Assembly: GCA_002633005.1 (NCBI GenBank)
Contig: NMRA01000540.1
Location: 206,119 to 270,118, forward strand
DNA from: Phoronis australis
Taxonomy: Eukaryota > Animalia > Phoronida
Direction of reading: 5' to 3'
DNA length: 64,000 nucleotides
In this document: positions 24,839 to 37,896 of the stretch, piece by piece
Layout: every line of letters starts with the position of its first letter
Position numbering within the stretch: the first letter of the stretch is position 1
Translations under genes and position numbers: made by a program
The notes under the pieces: generated by a model
Seen by the model: only the letters and a program-made list of their open reading frames with translations
The model's database searches: none
What the model was told of the DNA's origin: nothing

Positions 24839-26933
24839 TATCTATGTATACCAGGGGAGGCTTAATAATTATTTTAAATGCTGTTTATGTTTTCTAATGG
24901 TCATTGAATAAATATAGAGTTCATTTGTAATGGTCGGGAAACTGAAATTTCTCGTGAAATCGTGAATTAAACAATGAAACGAGGGTTATCAAAACTCGCC
25001 CGTGTGCTAAGTTTGGAAAAATTTTCACAAATTATAGGACAAAAGTTTGACTTTTTGGCGTGAACACTTCCAATCACACGATACCACCAATGCTTCGTTG
25101 CGTGCTGTGTTCCTAGCTATGCATAGAAATCGCTCTTGTGACGTAATTTCTCACGAAGTGGCTAATGTGTAGTCATATTATACTATCCCAGGAATTAATC
25201 AAATACAGATCTTCTTAATACATGTTTGTTAGTTTAATTATCTATGGCTGGTTTAGAAAATCGATAGAAAAAGGCATCAAGTCTTGCAAGTTGTTAGATG
25301 ACGTAAAAATGTTACCCAGTTGTGATAGAGTTTTCCCTAAAGCAAGAATCCAGAAAACAATTGCATGATCTTGCGTTCTGACAAGATACTCGAGTTTATC
25401 GAACGCACATCTGATCAACCCCGCCGCAGGCTCGAGAAAAAATCGTGAAATGTGTCATGCGTTGAGATTGGCACCCTACCGACTGGCATCGTCTTAGCGC
25501 GGTGTAGCAAAAATAATCTGTCTGTTGGTACGAAATTGAAAAAATTAAACGTACCATCTAATCTAGTGAAATTCGCAAAAACATCCTTCTTACCGCTCAT
25601 GTAGCTATTTGAACTAGTTTTTATCACTAAAAACATTAACCGTAACAGCGTTTGGAAAAAAAAAATTTAATTGAATAGCTCCCTCCCCTGGCCTTAAAAT
25701 TGAGTGCTTTTCACGAATGATCGTTCATTAACGTAATTTAAGGAGGTGTTTTAAATATGCCTATCAAATTGAACTTACAAATTTCTTTTTATGGCTTAAA
25801 AATATCAGGTTAAACTAGAGCTATCAACATTTGTAGGGTTAACCAAAACTCGGAGAATAATCTTTGTACTCGAAAAACCCTAGAATCGAGCCACAAATTC
25901 TTATAACAACTTGAGTTTTCAACTAAAAACGTAAAGTTGTAGTTCACTCTCGAACTCATGCTGTTAATGGTGGGGTCATCAAGTGCAATCCAGAATAAGA
26001 CTGCCATCCGCATATTAAAATAGCCTTTGTTTTCAAGCACAGACTTGGCACAAAAGTTGATCGAAAAGTGTCAATTATAAGTTGCAGTTCAATTTCCGTC
26101 ACACAAATTAGACCCTATATCCAGACCTACGATTTTGAAAAGTACTTTTGGTCTCATAAGTCCCATGAATGTTCCTTATCTCTGTGTGCTTGTGAGCCCG
26201 CGAAGTACGTCATTAGTGCAAAGGTCACCCATTTGCTCATTTTTTTGTTTTCACGTTCACAGGTTCTCACTTTGTCTAGCGTACTTTATTTTGAAAAAGA
26301 ATTGTCGTAGCATAGGAATTGAAGTTCCCCTAAGCTATCGAAATCCACTTTGTTTTGTAGAAGTGTCCTAAGTATAGATTTGATCAAGAGGTTTCAGACA
26401 ACCAAACGAGAAGAAATGTACTTTTAACTGTGACCATTGTTGAAATTGTCAAACTTAATTACGATGAGCAACAGACTTCAACAAGTGACATCATAGCGTC
26501 ACTCCTTGATGAGAGGCGTCAATTAACTCAGTTATCTAATCCAGTTGTACACGAAACACGAAGTACTGTGCTATCCAGTGTTATAGGTGGAAATCAGAGT
26601 ACACAAGATTACGGAGAAAGAAAATCGATTAAGCCTAGTGATATTTCAATATGTTTATTTTCTAACTTGCAATTACACGCTAATAGACGACATGACATTA
26701 CCAGGGTCACTTAGCTGTCAAGACAATTGCCGGTTTTCAACGCGATATTATTTGTCACATTATAAAAATCATTTGAATAATATTAACACCCTATAAACTG
26801 CGACAGATACGAATTTTTTTTCGGAAGCACACGTGAAATCATTTTACTTCATTTTAGCCACCATCTGTGTGTGATTTCATATTTTACCGGCTTTCTTCAG
26901 CAGACATAAATCGACATCTCTGGATATAGCCGT

Positions 26934-27177
26934 TTATTTCTTGTAATATTCACTTCCGACGTATTTTGTACGTTCGTTCTTGAACTCATCGGCCCACCCT
27001 AGGGCTTTGCTGCTCGCGTGCACATTCCACGTGCTCGTAATGGCGCGCTTCTTCAAATCCTGGTAGTCGGTTTCTTGAAGGTCGCACTCAAAGATTTTCC
27101 AAATGGCGCACCGCTGAGGCACGAAAAACTTATGGTGACACGTGCGATTTGGCGCGACCTTTTCGTTGACCGCGACA
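26934..27177 (-). CDS. Uncharacterised secreted 8-Cys protein, paralog A, exon 4 (terminal)
   Basis: tctcatttcag|T GTC GCG...AAG AAA TAA; (S)VAVNEKVAPNRTCHHKFFVPQRCAIWKIFECDLQETDYQDLKKRAITSTWNVHASSKALGWADEFKNERTKYVGSEYYKK*; aligns with B and C exon 4. Confidence 0.9.
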
Positions 27178-27823
27178 CTGAAATGAGAAAATGAAATATT
27201 GATCCACGGTTAGCTAAAACTATTGTGTCCTGAGGCGATTTCTGTGAGGAAACTTTCAGACGCTATCGTATCACTAAGTTTCAGGAGAGATAGTCATCCT
27301 CCACAGTCGGTACCAGTGTCTTAAAGTGTGTTAGCTATTATCTTAGCACACAACAGCGAAGCAGCTGATGTTGCAGCCTCTAAATTTTTTCTGGCAGTTT
27401 TTGAGAAGGATTGGCGATTTTTATTAAAATCACAAATACACAACAGCTTTGGTCAAATAATAATTTCAAGAAATCAATTCTGCTCAGAGGTAGCCCCAAA
27501 ATGAGTTTTTCGGTCGTAAAATCGAATGTATTCCTTTATATATCCCACTTTTATCATGAATAATTCAAAACCAGAACAAAACTTAAAGAGTGTACATTCC
27601 ATTGAAATCACTACAGCAGGCTGACAGTTATTGTAAAATATACTTCTCAATTTCATAAAAATCATAAATTTCCTTTTAAATCCTACAAGAGCTGGCACAG
27701 TCTTTGTTTACATAAAGTGACACCAACAGAGCTAAATTGCAAAGATCTTTCGTATTTGTTACTCAGGCAACGATCGATAGATTCCAAAATTATCATGGAT
27801 GTATTTGGTCAGGTTGATCGCAC

Positions 27824-28216
27824 CTTTCTCTCACATCTACACACATGGATTCGCCGGCCGAGTTACTGACGGTAATGTTACTTCTGACGTCAGCAGAGAC
27901 AATCTTATCAATAAGAGATTCTTTAAGCGAGCTCTGTCCAGTGAAGAACGCATTGGCAGCCGGGTAGTCGGAGTTACAGCTGTACAGAACGGATCCCTTC
28001 TTTCTTTCCCCCTCGTAGAGGTCCTCAATTACCACCTTTTCGCCCATTTCGCAACGTATAGTGACTTTGCTACGTAAATCGATATCCTCTTCTGGGACGT
28101 CACAAACGCAGGCGTAAGGGATTTCGAGTCGCAGACTGACGGTCTTAACACGATCGGTTTTCTTTAAAGTGACCAAGTGCTGCTTGGTCTCTCTATTTCC
28201 AATGTTGTCGTAAAGT
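27824..28216 (-). CDS. Paralog A exon 3 (393 nt, phase 2-2)
   Basis: cttttccag|A CTT TAC GAC AAC...GAA AG|gtgcga; LYDNIGNRETKQHLVTL...RLEIPYACVCD...YSCNSDYPA...SNITVSNSAGESMCVDVRE. Confidence 0.92.
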
Positions 28217-29634
28217 CTGGAAAAGACGGGCAGGGCATTGTGTTAACAATAATCAAGTGGCAAGGGCTTAATTATTAGAATAAACAACATATAACTATGG
28301 AGATCTATACATAGAGTTCTAGAGAAAGACATCTTCAGTATAAGGATTATAGTCCGGACACCATCAGTGCATAATTTTATAGATATGAGTACTCAATTTT
28401 ATTGTCTCATGGATGACGTCAGAAATGTCGTAAAAGAATACTACTGCAGCTTTAGTTGTATGTAGGAATTATCTAATATCATGTTATCATCGTGGCGTTT
28501 TCTGATCAAAAGCTGTGGAAGCACCGTTGTAACAGTATGAGCTGCACAGGGTGGAGATGGAAGTATGTATGATGGCGTAGGAAGCTTACTCAAGCAGAAG
28601 AGCACCGGCACGCGCCTCGAGTGTTCGCTTCTCGAACAGCTTTTAGCGTCACAACGCTCGCGTACGCTCTTGAGCGCTCACGATCACTCTCGATAGCTAG
28701 TTTGCTTAGAAAGTTTTAGGGGCGATTACCTAGAGCAATGACAATGATTCTAAGCGATACACTTTCGAAGTACACCGCAATTGGTAAATGTGGTACATCA
28801 ATAAATAATTGACTTACAAGCTTTGGCAGCATGTCCATCACGTGTGGTTCAACGTCTTAGACTTATTGAAATTTGAAAAGTTCGAATTGCGAAAATTAGC
28901 CCCCCCCCCCGTAAAAATGACTGCATACTGACATCTGCTTTGGTAGACTTCATTTCGGAAATGAAGTGTGCGCACAATGTGGTACGGTACAATAGCGAGC
29001 TCTCACGTTAAGCACGCGCGCGCGCTGTATTGAACGGGATTCAACTGCAATTTGATACAAAATTTGAGTTATTCGATGTTAGGAGAGGAATGTCAGAAAA
29101 GAATTAAGTAGTGTATTTGGGTCAATAGTAACGGGACGTTTAGTACTGACAAGGTATCTATTCAACCTCAATGCTATATGGTCCAGTTCCTCTGTCCCTG
29201 TTGGCTAAAGTAACAATAAAATGTTTAACTGTTAGAAATATTATTGGTTAACCTCATCGGATATAAGTCCACCTCGTCTTTCTTCCCTGTCCCCATCAAA
29301 TCCACCCCCTCTGTCACTTGACCCATATTGGAAGACGGACTTGGACGGAACTGCCCGGAAAACACACATATTTCTTACATTGCGCGTTCATCGAATGCAT
29401 GAAAAAAGCTTATGGACTTACATACTGGTATACACGAATGGGCAAAACATACACGTAGTCTTATAAATACGCAAATGTCCAGTGTAAGCACATCCAGGAA
29501 TAGGCCCACTATGAATCTTCGCAATAACAAACCGAGAGCTTAGATTTATACCGTATGGTCGATGTGGTACGTGTAGCTCTCACTAGGAGGCTAAAGATAC
29601 ATGTACTTGTCGCTAGAAGGCTTAGGATAATTAC

Positions 29635-29840
29635 TCAGTGACGAAAACCAGCAGCTTTTCGTCGGGTTGCCCAGGTTCGTCTTTGTATTCCAACTTCAGC
29701 AACAAATTGTATTTGTATGCGTAACAGCTACCAACGCTGAAACCTGAAGTGTAAGTGTCGTGCTCGAAACCGGTGCCCTTCAACTTTTCCATTCTGATGT
29801 CACCGAGTTGCTTGATGGTCAGGTCTGATTCGCCATGTAC
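29635..29840 (-). CDS. Paralog A exon 2 (206 nt, phase 0-2)
   Basis: catctacag|GTA CAT GGC...ACT GA|gtaatt; VHGESDLTIKQLGDIRMEKLKGTGFEHDTYTSGFSVGSCYAYKYNLLLKLEYKDEPGQPDEKLLVFVT(E). Confidence 0.9.
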
Positions 29841-30391
29841 CTGTAGATGGGTAAATGAGTTGCAGTCGAAACGCGTGGTATTGCTTACAAGTTACTACAT
29901 GTATGGGTTAGACTACCATATTCAATGGACTGTAGCACTACCATCTCGCGAACGGGACTGAACCAATCTGGGCTCGACAACCCTATTCATGTCACTAGTG
30001 AAATGCCACTAAGCATCAATGAATGTTTTTCTCCGCAGATGGCAGCATCAATGATATTGAAGTATGAAATTGTTGTTTAAAGCTAATCACAAAAATAAAT
30101 TTTGTTTTAAGGCAAACATATGTAAGGATACAAGTTAGGTGGTCGCGAAGCTTAAACTTTTAGGAAAGATTTCGCTACAACACTATGTCGGGTGCTTTGA
30201 AACCAACTTTTGTTGTGTTAAGTTGGCAGGGCATTATTTTGTTTGAAGGACAAAGTTTTCTCAAAACAACAGTATGCAAAATCGAGCACAACGTATCTAG
30301 AAAAGTACATGACTGAAAAAAGTTTCGTTTAAGTGTATTAAAAAGTTTGTGACACTGACGTAATTTCAAAATATAACAGGTCACTACTCAC

Positions 30392-30430
30392 CAACGTCAA
30401 ACCTAGCGCTACAGTTATCGTCAGCAACAT
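30392..30430 (-). CDS. Paralog A exon 1 (signal peptide MLLTITVALGLTL)
   Basis: ATG TTG CTG...ACG TTG|gtgagt; 39 nt, same length as paralog B exon 1; hydrophobic; likely cleavage after VHG. Confidence 0.85.
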
Positions 30431-31655
30431 TTTAAGCTGGTAGTTGAAATCACTTGAAGAGTTTATGTTGAATGAAGAATGGCACGGCTACTTATATACC
30501 AATGATCTTTTTTGACGCAACGTCATTGGGAGATTGGCTAGGCCTACATACAAACGTAGTAAAGGTACAATGTAAAAAAAGGTATTAGCATTTGAATCGG
30601 GCTCATAACATATGTCAGTGAAACACTCGCTGGTACAAACAGCTGCCATGTTTGTTTCAGAGAAGGCGTGTAAGTTGATACGATGCATATTATTATGTCC
30701 TCACTCACGATACAGTTCGAGTAGCTCGGTAGATAAGTTTCGTTTTGAAATATTTCTTTCGAACAAATTATTTCAAATTACTGAAGCGACAAATTAATTT
30801 CGCACGTTTAAATGTGACTTAGTTTCATTTATGTTCGGTCATTTTACGTTTATGAAACAATTATTTTTGTTTAGCACAATATAGGTGTATGAAATTTTTA
30901 AATTTCTTTCCAGGTTAATCATAACCCTCCGGCACAGCACTGTGGAGACATTTATTGCTTGAAGCACAAATCAAGCTATTCTCGCAATTTACCAGCTCTC
31001 TAACAGGATCTATTACATACAAATTAGTCGGTTCAGTATGTAATTCTATTACCCAAGTCAGCTCAGCAGTAACCTGGGGGTGTATTGCCAACAAATTAGG
31101 CATCCTGTCTGCAAACAGTGTTGGGAGTTGTCCTGTTGTGCACGCATACAGGGACCTACATGGACTCGATCTAATATGTCTACAATTAATTCAAGTGCAC
31201 GCTGACTTCTCATTTGTGGCGCTTGTTCCATGTGGCACGTGACGCGTATCAACGGGCCTGTGAGGTGAAAACCATAAGAACAACAGAGACGGTTGGACGA
31301 CACTGCTGCGACTGTAAACATGGTCCTAGCCTTGTTCCACTTTCCAGCGTGCAGTCGGCTTAGTATATGCCGAAAAACAGTAAAGTGATGCTGAATTCCT
31401 TTTTTGGAAAGTCACGTGAGTTGACAAACCTGATAGGTGTCGTTACATTCGCATGTAGAAGTAATAGAAAATTGACGTAAATCACAAATCGTTTGTTATT
31501 TTATTATTCTGCTCCTAATGAATTATTCTAAATATCTTATACGTTATACAATACAAAGGTAAGTGTACAAATTGTACGACAAGTTTGCTTCATTGCTGCG
31601 CATTTATAACGGACTAACATCCTGGGCTCGCTATAGCGACCAAAAATTGTTTGCG

Positions 31656-32705
31656 TTAAAGGTGGAGGCAACCTTTTTATGTCAGTTTTAATAAAAAATA
31701 AAGTTCGCTAATTATCCCAGACATTTTTCCACTTAATTACGACTTCTCGTAATTTAATTAACTAGTCATGCTCTATCCCATAAGAGACGTTTAGAGAGTT
31801 AAAGAATTACGGGAGTAGTATAGTAAGAGGTTTTGGAGTCTTATTTCAGCGGGTCTCGGTCAAAGGTCATCCATTTGAAAGGAAAATGTCAAAGGTCACG
31901 TGGGATAACTTCTATGCGCGCCAACTTCATAGACCTTCATTTCACGCAGTGATTAACGGCAACTTTGGGAAAACTGGTCAGTTTTGGGCAATCTCCATCT
32001 TTCTTATAAATCGAGCCCACAGAGATGCGTCAAGAACAATGACGTCAGTGGCTATATCGACATTTTCCCGTCAATGCTAGATGTATTCTTTGCCATGAAC
32101 CGCCCAAACTACGCCAGATGGGGAACATTGTTTTACCAAAAGTTGAAATTCGCAGACCCAATATTACGTGAAGCGCTGGAAAACGGTGCCTTCTCAGTGC
32201 TACGTATGAGGAAGAACTTCTGTAGATCGGTTGTTGACCACTCTTTGGAACAGTTCGTTTTTTATGTTTGATATAGCGATCTCCAAAAGGCTGAAAACAC
32301 CTCTGTGGCACCTGATATTGGATACGTATGGTCGTGTTAGATTTCATGGAAACTATCCAAGCTGTAACGTAGATAAAACATTTTGTTCATGTTGCGAACA
32401 TGTTATTCAAAATTCGTCGTTATAACGAGTCCTGATAGTTTTTCAGTTAAGTTAGACTGACAATCATTTCATTTGCACGACACAGATATGCGAGCCATGG
32501 AACTGTTCGCCTTTGTCTTCATAGTGAATATAAAGCACGTTCGAATTAATTGGCCATAGATGTTGCATATGGTGCTCAGTCACCGTGGCGATGGCCCCAG
32601 GCATCCACATTGGGGAGGGGGTATTCAACCACTATGTATAATCTTTTTGGAAAGAGTGACTGAATTGAAGTTGAATTAAATAAAGTATATGCTTCACCTT
32701 TTTAC
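31656..32705 (+). mobile_element. Degenerate DNA-transposon derivative carrying a transposase-like fragment (32030-32260)
   Basis: Fragment DVFFAMNRPNYARWGTLF...LENGAFSVLRMRKNFCRSVVDHSLEQ has the NYARW...G.FSV.R...F.....D..LEQ pattern of a widespread invertebrate transposon-associated protein; ends ttaaaggtggaggca / tgcttcacctttt are loosely inverted. Confidence 0.55.
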
Positions 32706-32803
32706 TTTTATTTTTTTAATAATACAAGCCAGTAGAACTACTGGCAGTGACAGTGAGAACATGAACTAAATAGCAAAGAGGTAAAATGCAGTAGCCCAAT
32801 ATC

Positions 32804-33412
32804 TATGGTGGGCCGTTGAGGGGAAAGTGTCGCCGTAAAATTACGCTCGTAATTACGAGCGTAAATTAAATTGCAGGAGTGTCGCCGAACAATTACGCTC
32901 GTAAATTAAATGGTGAAAAGTTTCGTCGTAAAATTACGCTCGTAATTACGAGCGTAAGTTAAACTGCAAAAGTGTTCCGGTAAAATTACGCCCGTAAATT
33001 AAATGGGGTAAATGTCGCCGTCCGTAAATTACGCTCGTAAAATACCTTAAGAACGTTCCAAATTTAAACCAATCAGTGATGACCTAACATACACGACTGT
33101 TACTGGGCAGCTCGTTCTTGCACAATCGCTGACATGGCAGCAGCGATTTGATCCGCCATGATTCAGCGCTTGTATCGTAGACATGAAACCCGCCAATAAA
33201 TAAGTATTTCCATGAGCGCGCGCGATCTTGGATTGTAAAACCCAACGTCATTGGCTAAGAGTTTAAACTAAATTAAGAGCGTAATTTTACGCCGTAAAGA
33301 ATTAAATTACGCTCGTAATTTTACGGCGTAATTAACGGCGTAAATAACGGCGTAATGTACACAATTACGCTCGTATTTTCCGGCGACACTTTCCCCCCAA
33401 CGGCCCATCATA
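32804..33412. mobile_element. MITE/foldback element with ~35-45 bp TIRs and many subterminal TTACGCTCGTAA repeats
   Basis: tatggtgggccgttgaggggaaagtgtcgccg ... cggcgacactttccccccaacggcccatcata; motif aattacgctcgtaa repeated in both orientations. Confidence 0.88.
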
Positions 33413-34283
33413 AATATCAGACTGCTTGCCAAATAATCAACTGACTAAACAGGGAGTGGATTGAACCGAACAGTTTACCAACATAACTTCTGAGTTAGAC
33501 AATAGGGGTCGGTGCCAAACTTCCAGAAAGTAAACAATTCAAAATGGTATGACCAATGATGGAGTGCCTAACCTACATTTGAAATAATGAAAATCTAGGA
33601 TAGAATAATAAACAAACAACAGCTTCACGCCACATCACATATTTAATAAAACAAAGACCTTATATAATCCAGTAATGCAACTTTGAAATGCTCTGTTTTT
33701 GTTTCTGTCTTTGGTCTAATGGCTGACATCCGGTAAGCGAAGAATGTGGCTGTCTTGTAAAATAAGATGCGAAGTTACACGATCTCTGTCTATTGTTAGC
33801 ACAGTAAAACTTGCATAACTCCGATCTAATTGAACCGAATTATTCAGCCCAAACAAGGAAAATCTGTCTGATGCGACTGCGGGGCTAAGTACATGATTTC
33901 GAATTTTTACCGGGCTGTGGAATACTAGAATGTCGCACTAAGTTTGCGATATTCAGACTTAATGAAAGATTCAATGCAAGTTTGTCCTTTTTTGTAAAAA
34001 TCAAATCTTTCAGTGTCATATGATGAAAGTGATAGTTAATCTAGATGCAAGTTGCCCTATGTGCGAGTTGAGTAGAATATGGACTGACTGGAATGATCTC
34101 CCCATATCAGGAGGGACATGTTCCTTTTCCTTCAAGACACTTGCTTGGAAACTCAATTTAATATCCTTGCAAATATCTGTCAGTAAAGTGATTGGTAGGA
34201 GTACAGGTGACAGTAATTTTAAATTTTTACTGTAAACAATTATGGTTACGTAAGATCCCTCGTGAAGACAACGCCGGTATATT

Positions 34284-34435
34284 CAGTGGCGGATTCAAAA
34301 GGGGGCCAAGGGGGTCATGTCCCCTCTCTAAAATTCTCCCAAATTCCATTTGGCAGATGGGGGGTGCACATGTCTGACGAGCAAAATCATGGCTAATACT
34401 CTGCCCTGATCCTCAAAATCCTGGATCTGCCCCTG
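34284..34435. mobile_element. Short hAT-like MITE (CAGTGGCGGAT ends)
   Basis: cagtggcggattca ... tggatctgcccctg with G/C-run interior. Confidence 0.7.
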
Positions 34436-36577
34436 ACCTTTACATGGATAACATTCCGGGATTCTTATGAAGCTTTAACATACTGTTATGTTTGCTAATA
34501 TCTCATTGCTTTCAGGACTCTATTAACTTGCCGGAATACTTGGAAGAACTAGACATCCAAACATAGGCATCAAAACAGTCCCCGCAGTGGTATGATTGGG
34601 CTGCCTACACCCACGTGGCAGGTAGAGCTTCATATGTTTCATTCTTTGATTAAAAATAGTGCTGTTATCAGGGTTTGAATTTGAAACAATATGAAAATTG
34701 TCCTTGGTTTAGCCAGTGCGCTTATAAGCTTTAAGAAGTTCACAGATTCGTGTAGCCAGTTGTTCAAGCCAACGTAAAGCTTATTGGTTTTGCTGTAAGT
34801 TTCAAAACGTATACGCGAAAGTATGCATGTGAGATTAAACTTTTATTGCTAACCCTGGTTGTTCCTGTTAAATGTCCATATGACATAAGTACATAAGTAA
34901 GGAGACATTTCAGGGCTATGTTCAAGACTGCTAGTTAGAATTCGACTAGCGCTGCTCCCTGTGTAGAGTTGTGCGTTGTGTATTGCCTTCTCAGGCTAAC
35001 CACGTAAACAATGAAAAGTTCATAAAAATAATGGGAATTGTTGTTTATTGCAGTTGTCAACAGTTTCATCATTTGGTCATAACATTCCTTAGATTGAAAT
35101 AAGAAGTTACAAAATACGTTACCTGGTTAGCCTAAAGTCCAATTTTTGTTAACACATTAAGTTTTGTTATATGCATAGTTTGCTCTAGATTGTGATTGCA
35201 TGTTAAGTTACCGTGTGCATATTTTGTACTGAAGTTGTTTTGAATGTCTTAGAACTGAATTCAGGATTGAAACTCCATTCAAAACAACTGGAAAACTGAC
35301 CCACTGCAGTGCATGCTTGGAGTAAACCTGCACACTTGTACTGGAATCCTGGAGATTAGTTAAGTTTGAGCTTGAAGACTATTTTCTAGGCTCTGTGTAC
35401 ATGTATGTCAGTAAGTGCATGCGAGTTTTGCAAATGATTGTTGTATAAACAGCACAAACATATCCAGCAAGTTAATTTTCCTTACACTGATAGCTTGTAC
35501 CCGCCTGTTATTAAATTTTAGTGTCTGTGTTGCAGAAAGTGGTTTTAACAGTCGTTGGATAATGACGGCTACCCAGACAACACAACGTGTGCACTTATGA
35601 ACTGAAGCTCATGAACCTATGAATTCAGTTATCTCATCTCAGAAGCACGCGTTTGTAGTCACAAAACATGGATTATTGCCTATGAAGCTAAGCGAGCAGA
35701 TGCGGCTAAAGAAGATAAGTTGTTTGTGGTGTAGCATACATACATGTATGTATGAGGTTCGGTAGCTTTAAATTAAAGGAAAAAGAATGATTTTGTAATC
35801 AAATGTCTAAGTTTTCTAATTTCCACCTCGTATAACCAGGTTGTACTTAGGGTTACTTTTAGTGAAACTTGTTCGCACCATGGAGTGTATTGTACTTATT
35901 TTACTGTTATTATGACTGTCAACAAAAATGAAACTTTGACTTTTTAAACTGATAATAAAAAGGGTTGAAAATCATGATAGGTGATTCTAGGCACTATTTC
36001 CAGCATAAGGATTGCACTTCACAAAATCAGATATGTGATCCTTGCCGATAAACTCTTAGTTACGTTTTATTTTATGCTCTTTTCTGTGGGGATATTCTTG
36101 AATTTTGCATGTTAAGTGATTTGTTATTCTCGGTGTCATTGCTGTAATTTTAGCAGAAAAAGTCTGTGCTGATGAAAAGTAGACTTTTGTTGTAGTCCTT
36201 CCTGGCGATGTAATCACTTTTTCTTTCATTCTGTTTCATGATTTGATAGTGATTTCTCTGTTTGTACATTCCATTTTGCTCCCTCAGTTCTCGCATATTG
36301 TCAAAGACTGAGAACTATGCAAATATGAATATATTATTGCCTGATTTAGTTTTCACTGCATTGTATTCATGGCACTTGAACTGATTTTTGAATTGTTTCT
36401 GGTTTTTGACATTGCGGTATTTCACTTATGTTCACTTATGTGTATCTTATGAAGTGCATTTTATTTTCTGTAATTAATCCCCGTTATTAAAATGTTAATA
36501 GAACTCTATGTTGTTAACAGTTGTATGAAAACCATTAAATTTGTTACTGTTATCCACTCTTGCCTGTTCTATTTTGG

Positions 36578-36940
36578 AAAACTTCAGTTTTCAAAAGTTA
36601 GTTCCTTGAAAACGTAAGTTCTGAAAAGTTTTCAAAAACTTAAGTTTTGATGACTTTTGTTTGTTAATAAAAAGGTGTTCCAAAACTTAAGTTTTTAAAA
36701 AACTTAAGTTTCTGAAAGTTAAATTTTCCAAAAACTTAACTTTGGAACAATTTTTTTGGACAAACTTAAGTTTTCAAAACTTAAGTTTTCAGAACTTAAG
36801 TTATGAGAACTTAAGTTTTTGAAAAACTTAAGTATTTTGGAGCAAGTTTTTGAAAACTCAAGTTATGAAAACTTAAGTTTGTTTCAAAAACTTGTTCCAA
36901 AATACTTAAGTTTTCGTGCATGAAAACTTAAGTTTATTTT
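36578..36940. repeat. Array of palindromic AAAACTTAAGTTTT units
   Basis: More than 15 perfect or degenerate copies of aacttaagtt at roughly 15-20 bp spacing. Confidence 0.9.
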
Positions 36941-37592
36941 TGTAAGAGCATGGTTTATCAACAGTGAACCTTTGAAGTAAGGACATGTAACTTTGAACAT
37001 CCTTTCCATCAGGTTTGTTGCTCGTATGAAGTCTGAGAGACAGTAAACAACATGATAATTATTTACACGAGAAAACTTTCTTTACTGACCGAAGTTTTTA
37101 CTACGTCTAGGACTACTTTTTCCGAATAATGTGAACATGCTCGTGGGGGTTTTCCTAGTGCAAGAAAACACGGTAGTTTAATGTCTGCCTATGTAAGTCG
37201 TGTACTGAATTTTAAAGGATTAATGGAAACGAACTCACGTGTACACGCCTACATGTCAATCCACCTATCCACAATCAAAGTGGAGACTGGGTGAACAACA
37301 TATTCGGTGACCACTTTTAATTCGAATTTGAAAATGTCTGCACTTTACTATGCTAGCAAGCATACCCAAATAGCAGATAAGGAATCTAATTTCTGCTGTT
37401 GGTCGATTTTAAGGCATTCACACGCTACATTTTAGAGCTCCCTCGCTGCTGTACAGGTATAAACATTTACTTCTAAACCCTTCTTACCCTATGGTGTAGC
37501 CATCACTCCTCTAATTGTCAGCGCCATTCTGTCATGTATGCCAACACCACTTGACGAAGTTGTCCTGATTATTTGTTAAAAAAGTGTGTTTT

Positions 37593-37896
37593 CAGGGGCG
37601 TCCAGGATTTTGAGTTGGGGGGAGGGGGGCAGGGCACAGGAATAACCAGAATTTCGCCACATGCACGCGCCCAGCCTAAAATGTAGGGATGTAGGGGTCT
37701 CGAATTTTTGGGTTTGTGGACTTCATTACTACAAGAAAAAAAAACGGTAAACGGGGTTGCTTCAAGGCCTATGCAGTGTGCATTCCCCCCAACCCCCTTG
37801 GTGTGCGCATATGCTAGTTAGAAATTCGCACCCCGAACTAACAAATGGTATCTGGGAGAATTTTAGGGGGACCATGGCCCCCTAAATCCGCCAATG
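37593..37896. mobile_element. Short hAT-like MITE, related to 34284-34435
   Basis: caggggcgtccaggatt ... cccctaaatccgccaatg with G/C-run interior. Confidence 0.6.

Noticed and set aside
30915-31321. ORFs with an LVPCG motif (possible RING relic) after an acceptor-like site
   Set aside because: Cys/His spacing is incomplete, there are stops in frame and no supporting exons; too weak to call.
36578-36940. CRISPR-like array
   Set aside because: Eukaryotic context, units ~14 bp, no unique 25-45 bp spacers and no cas genes.
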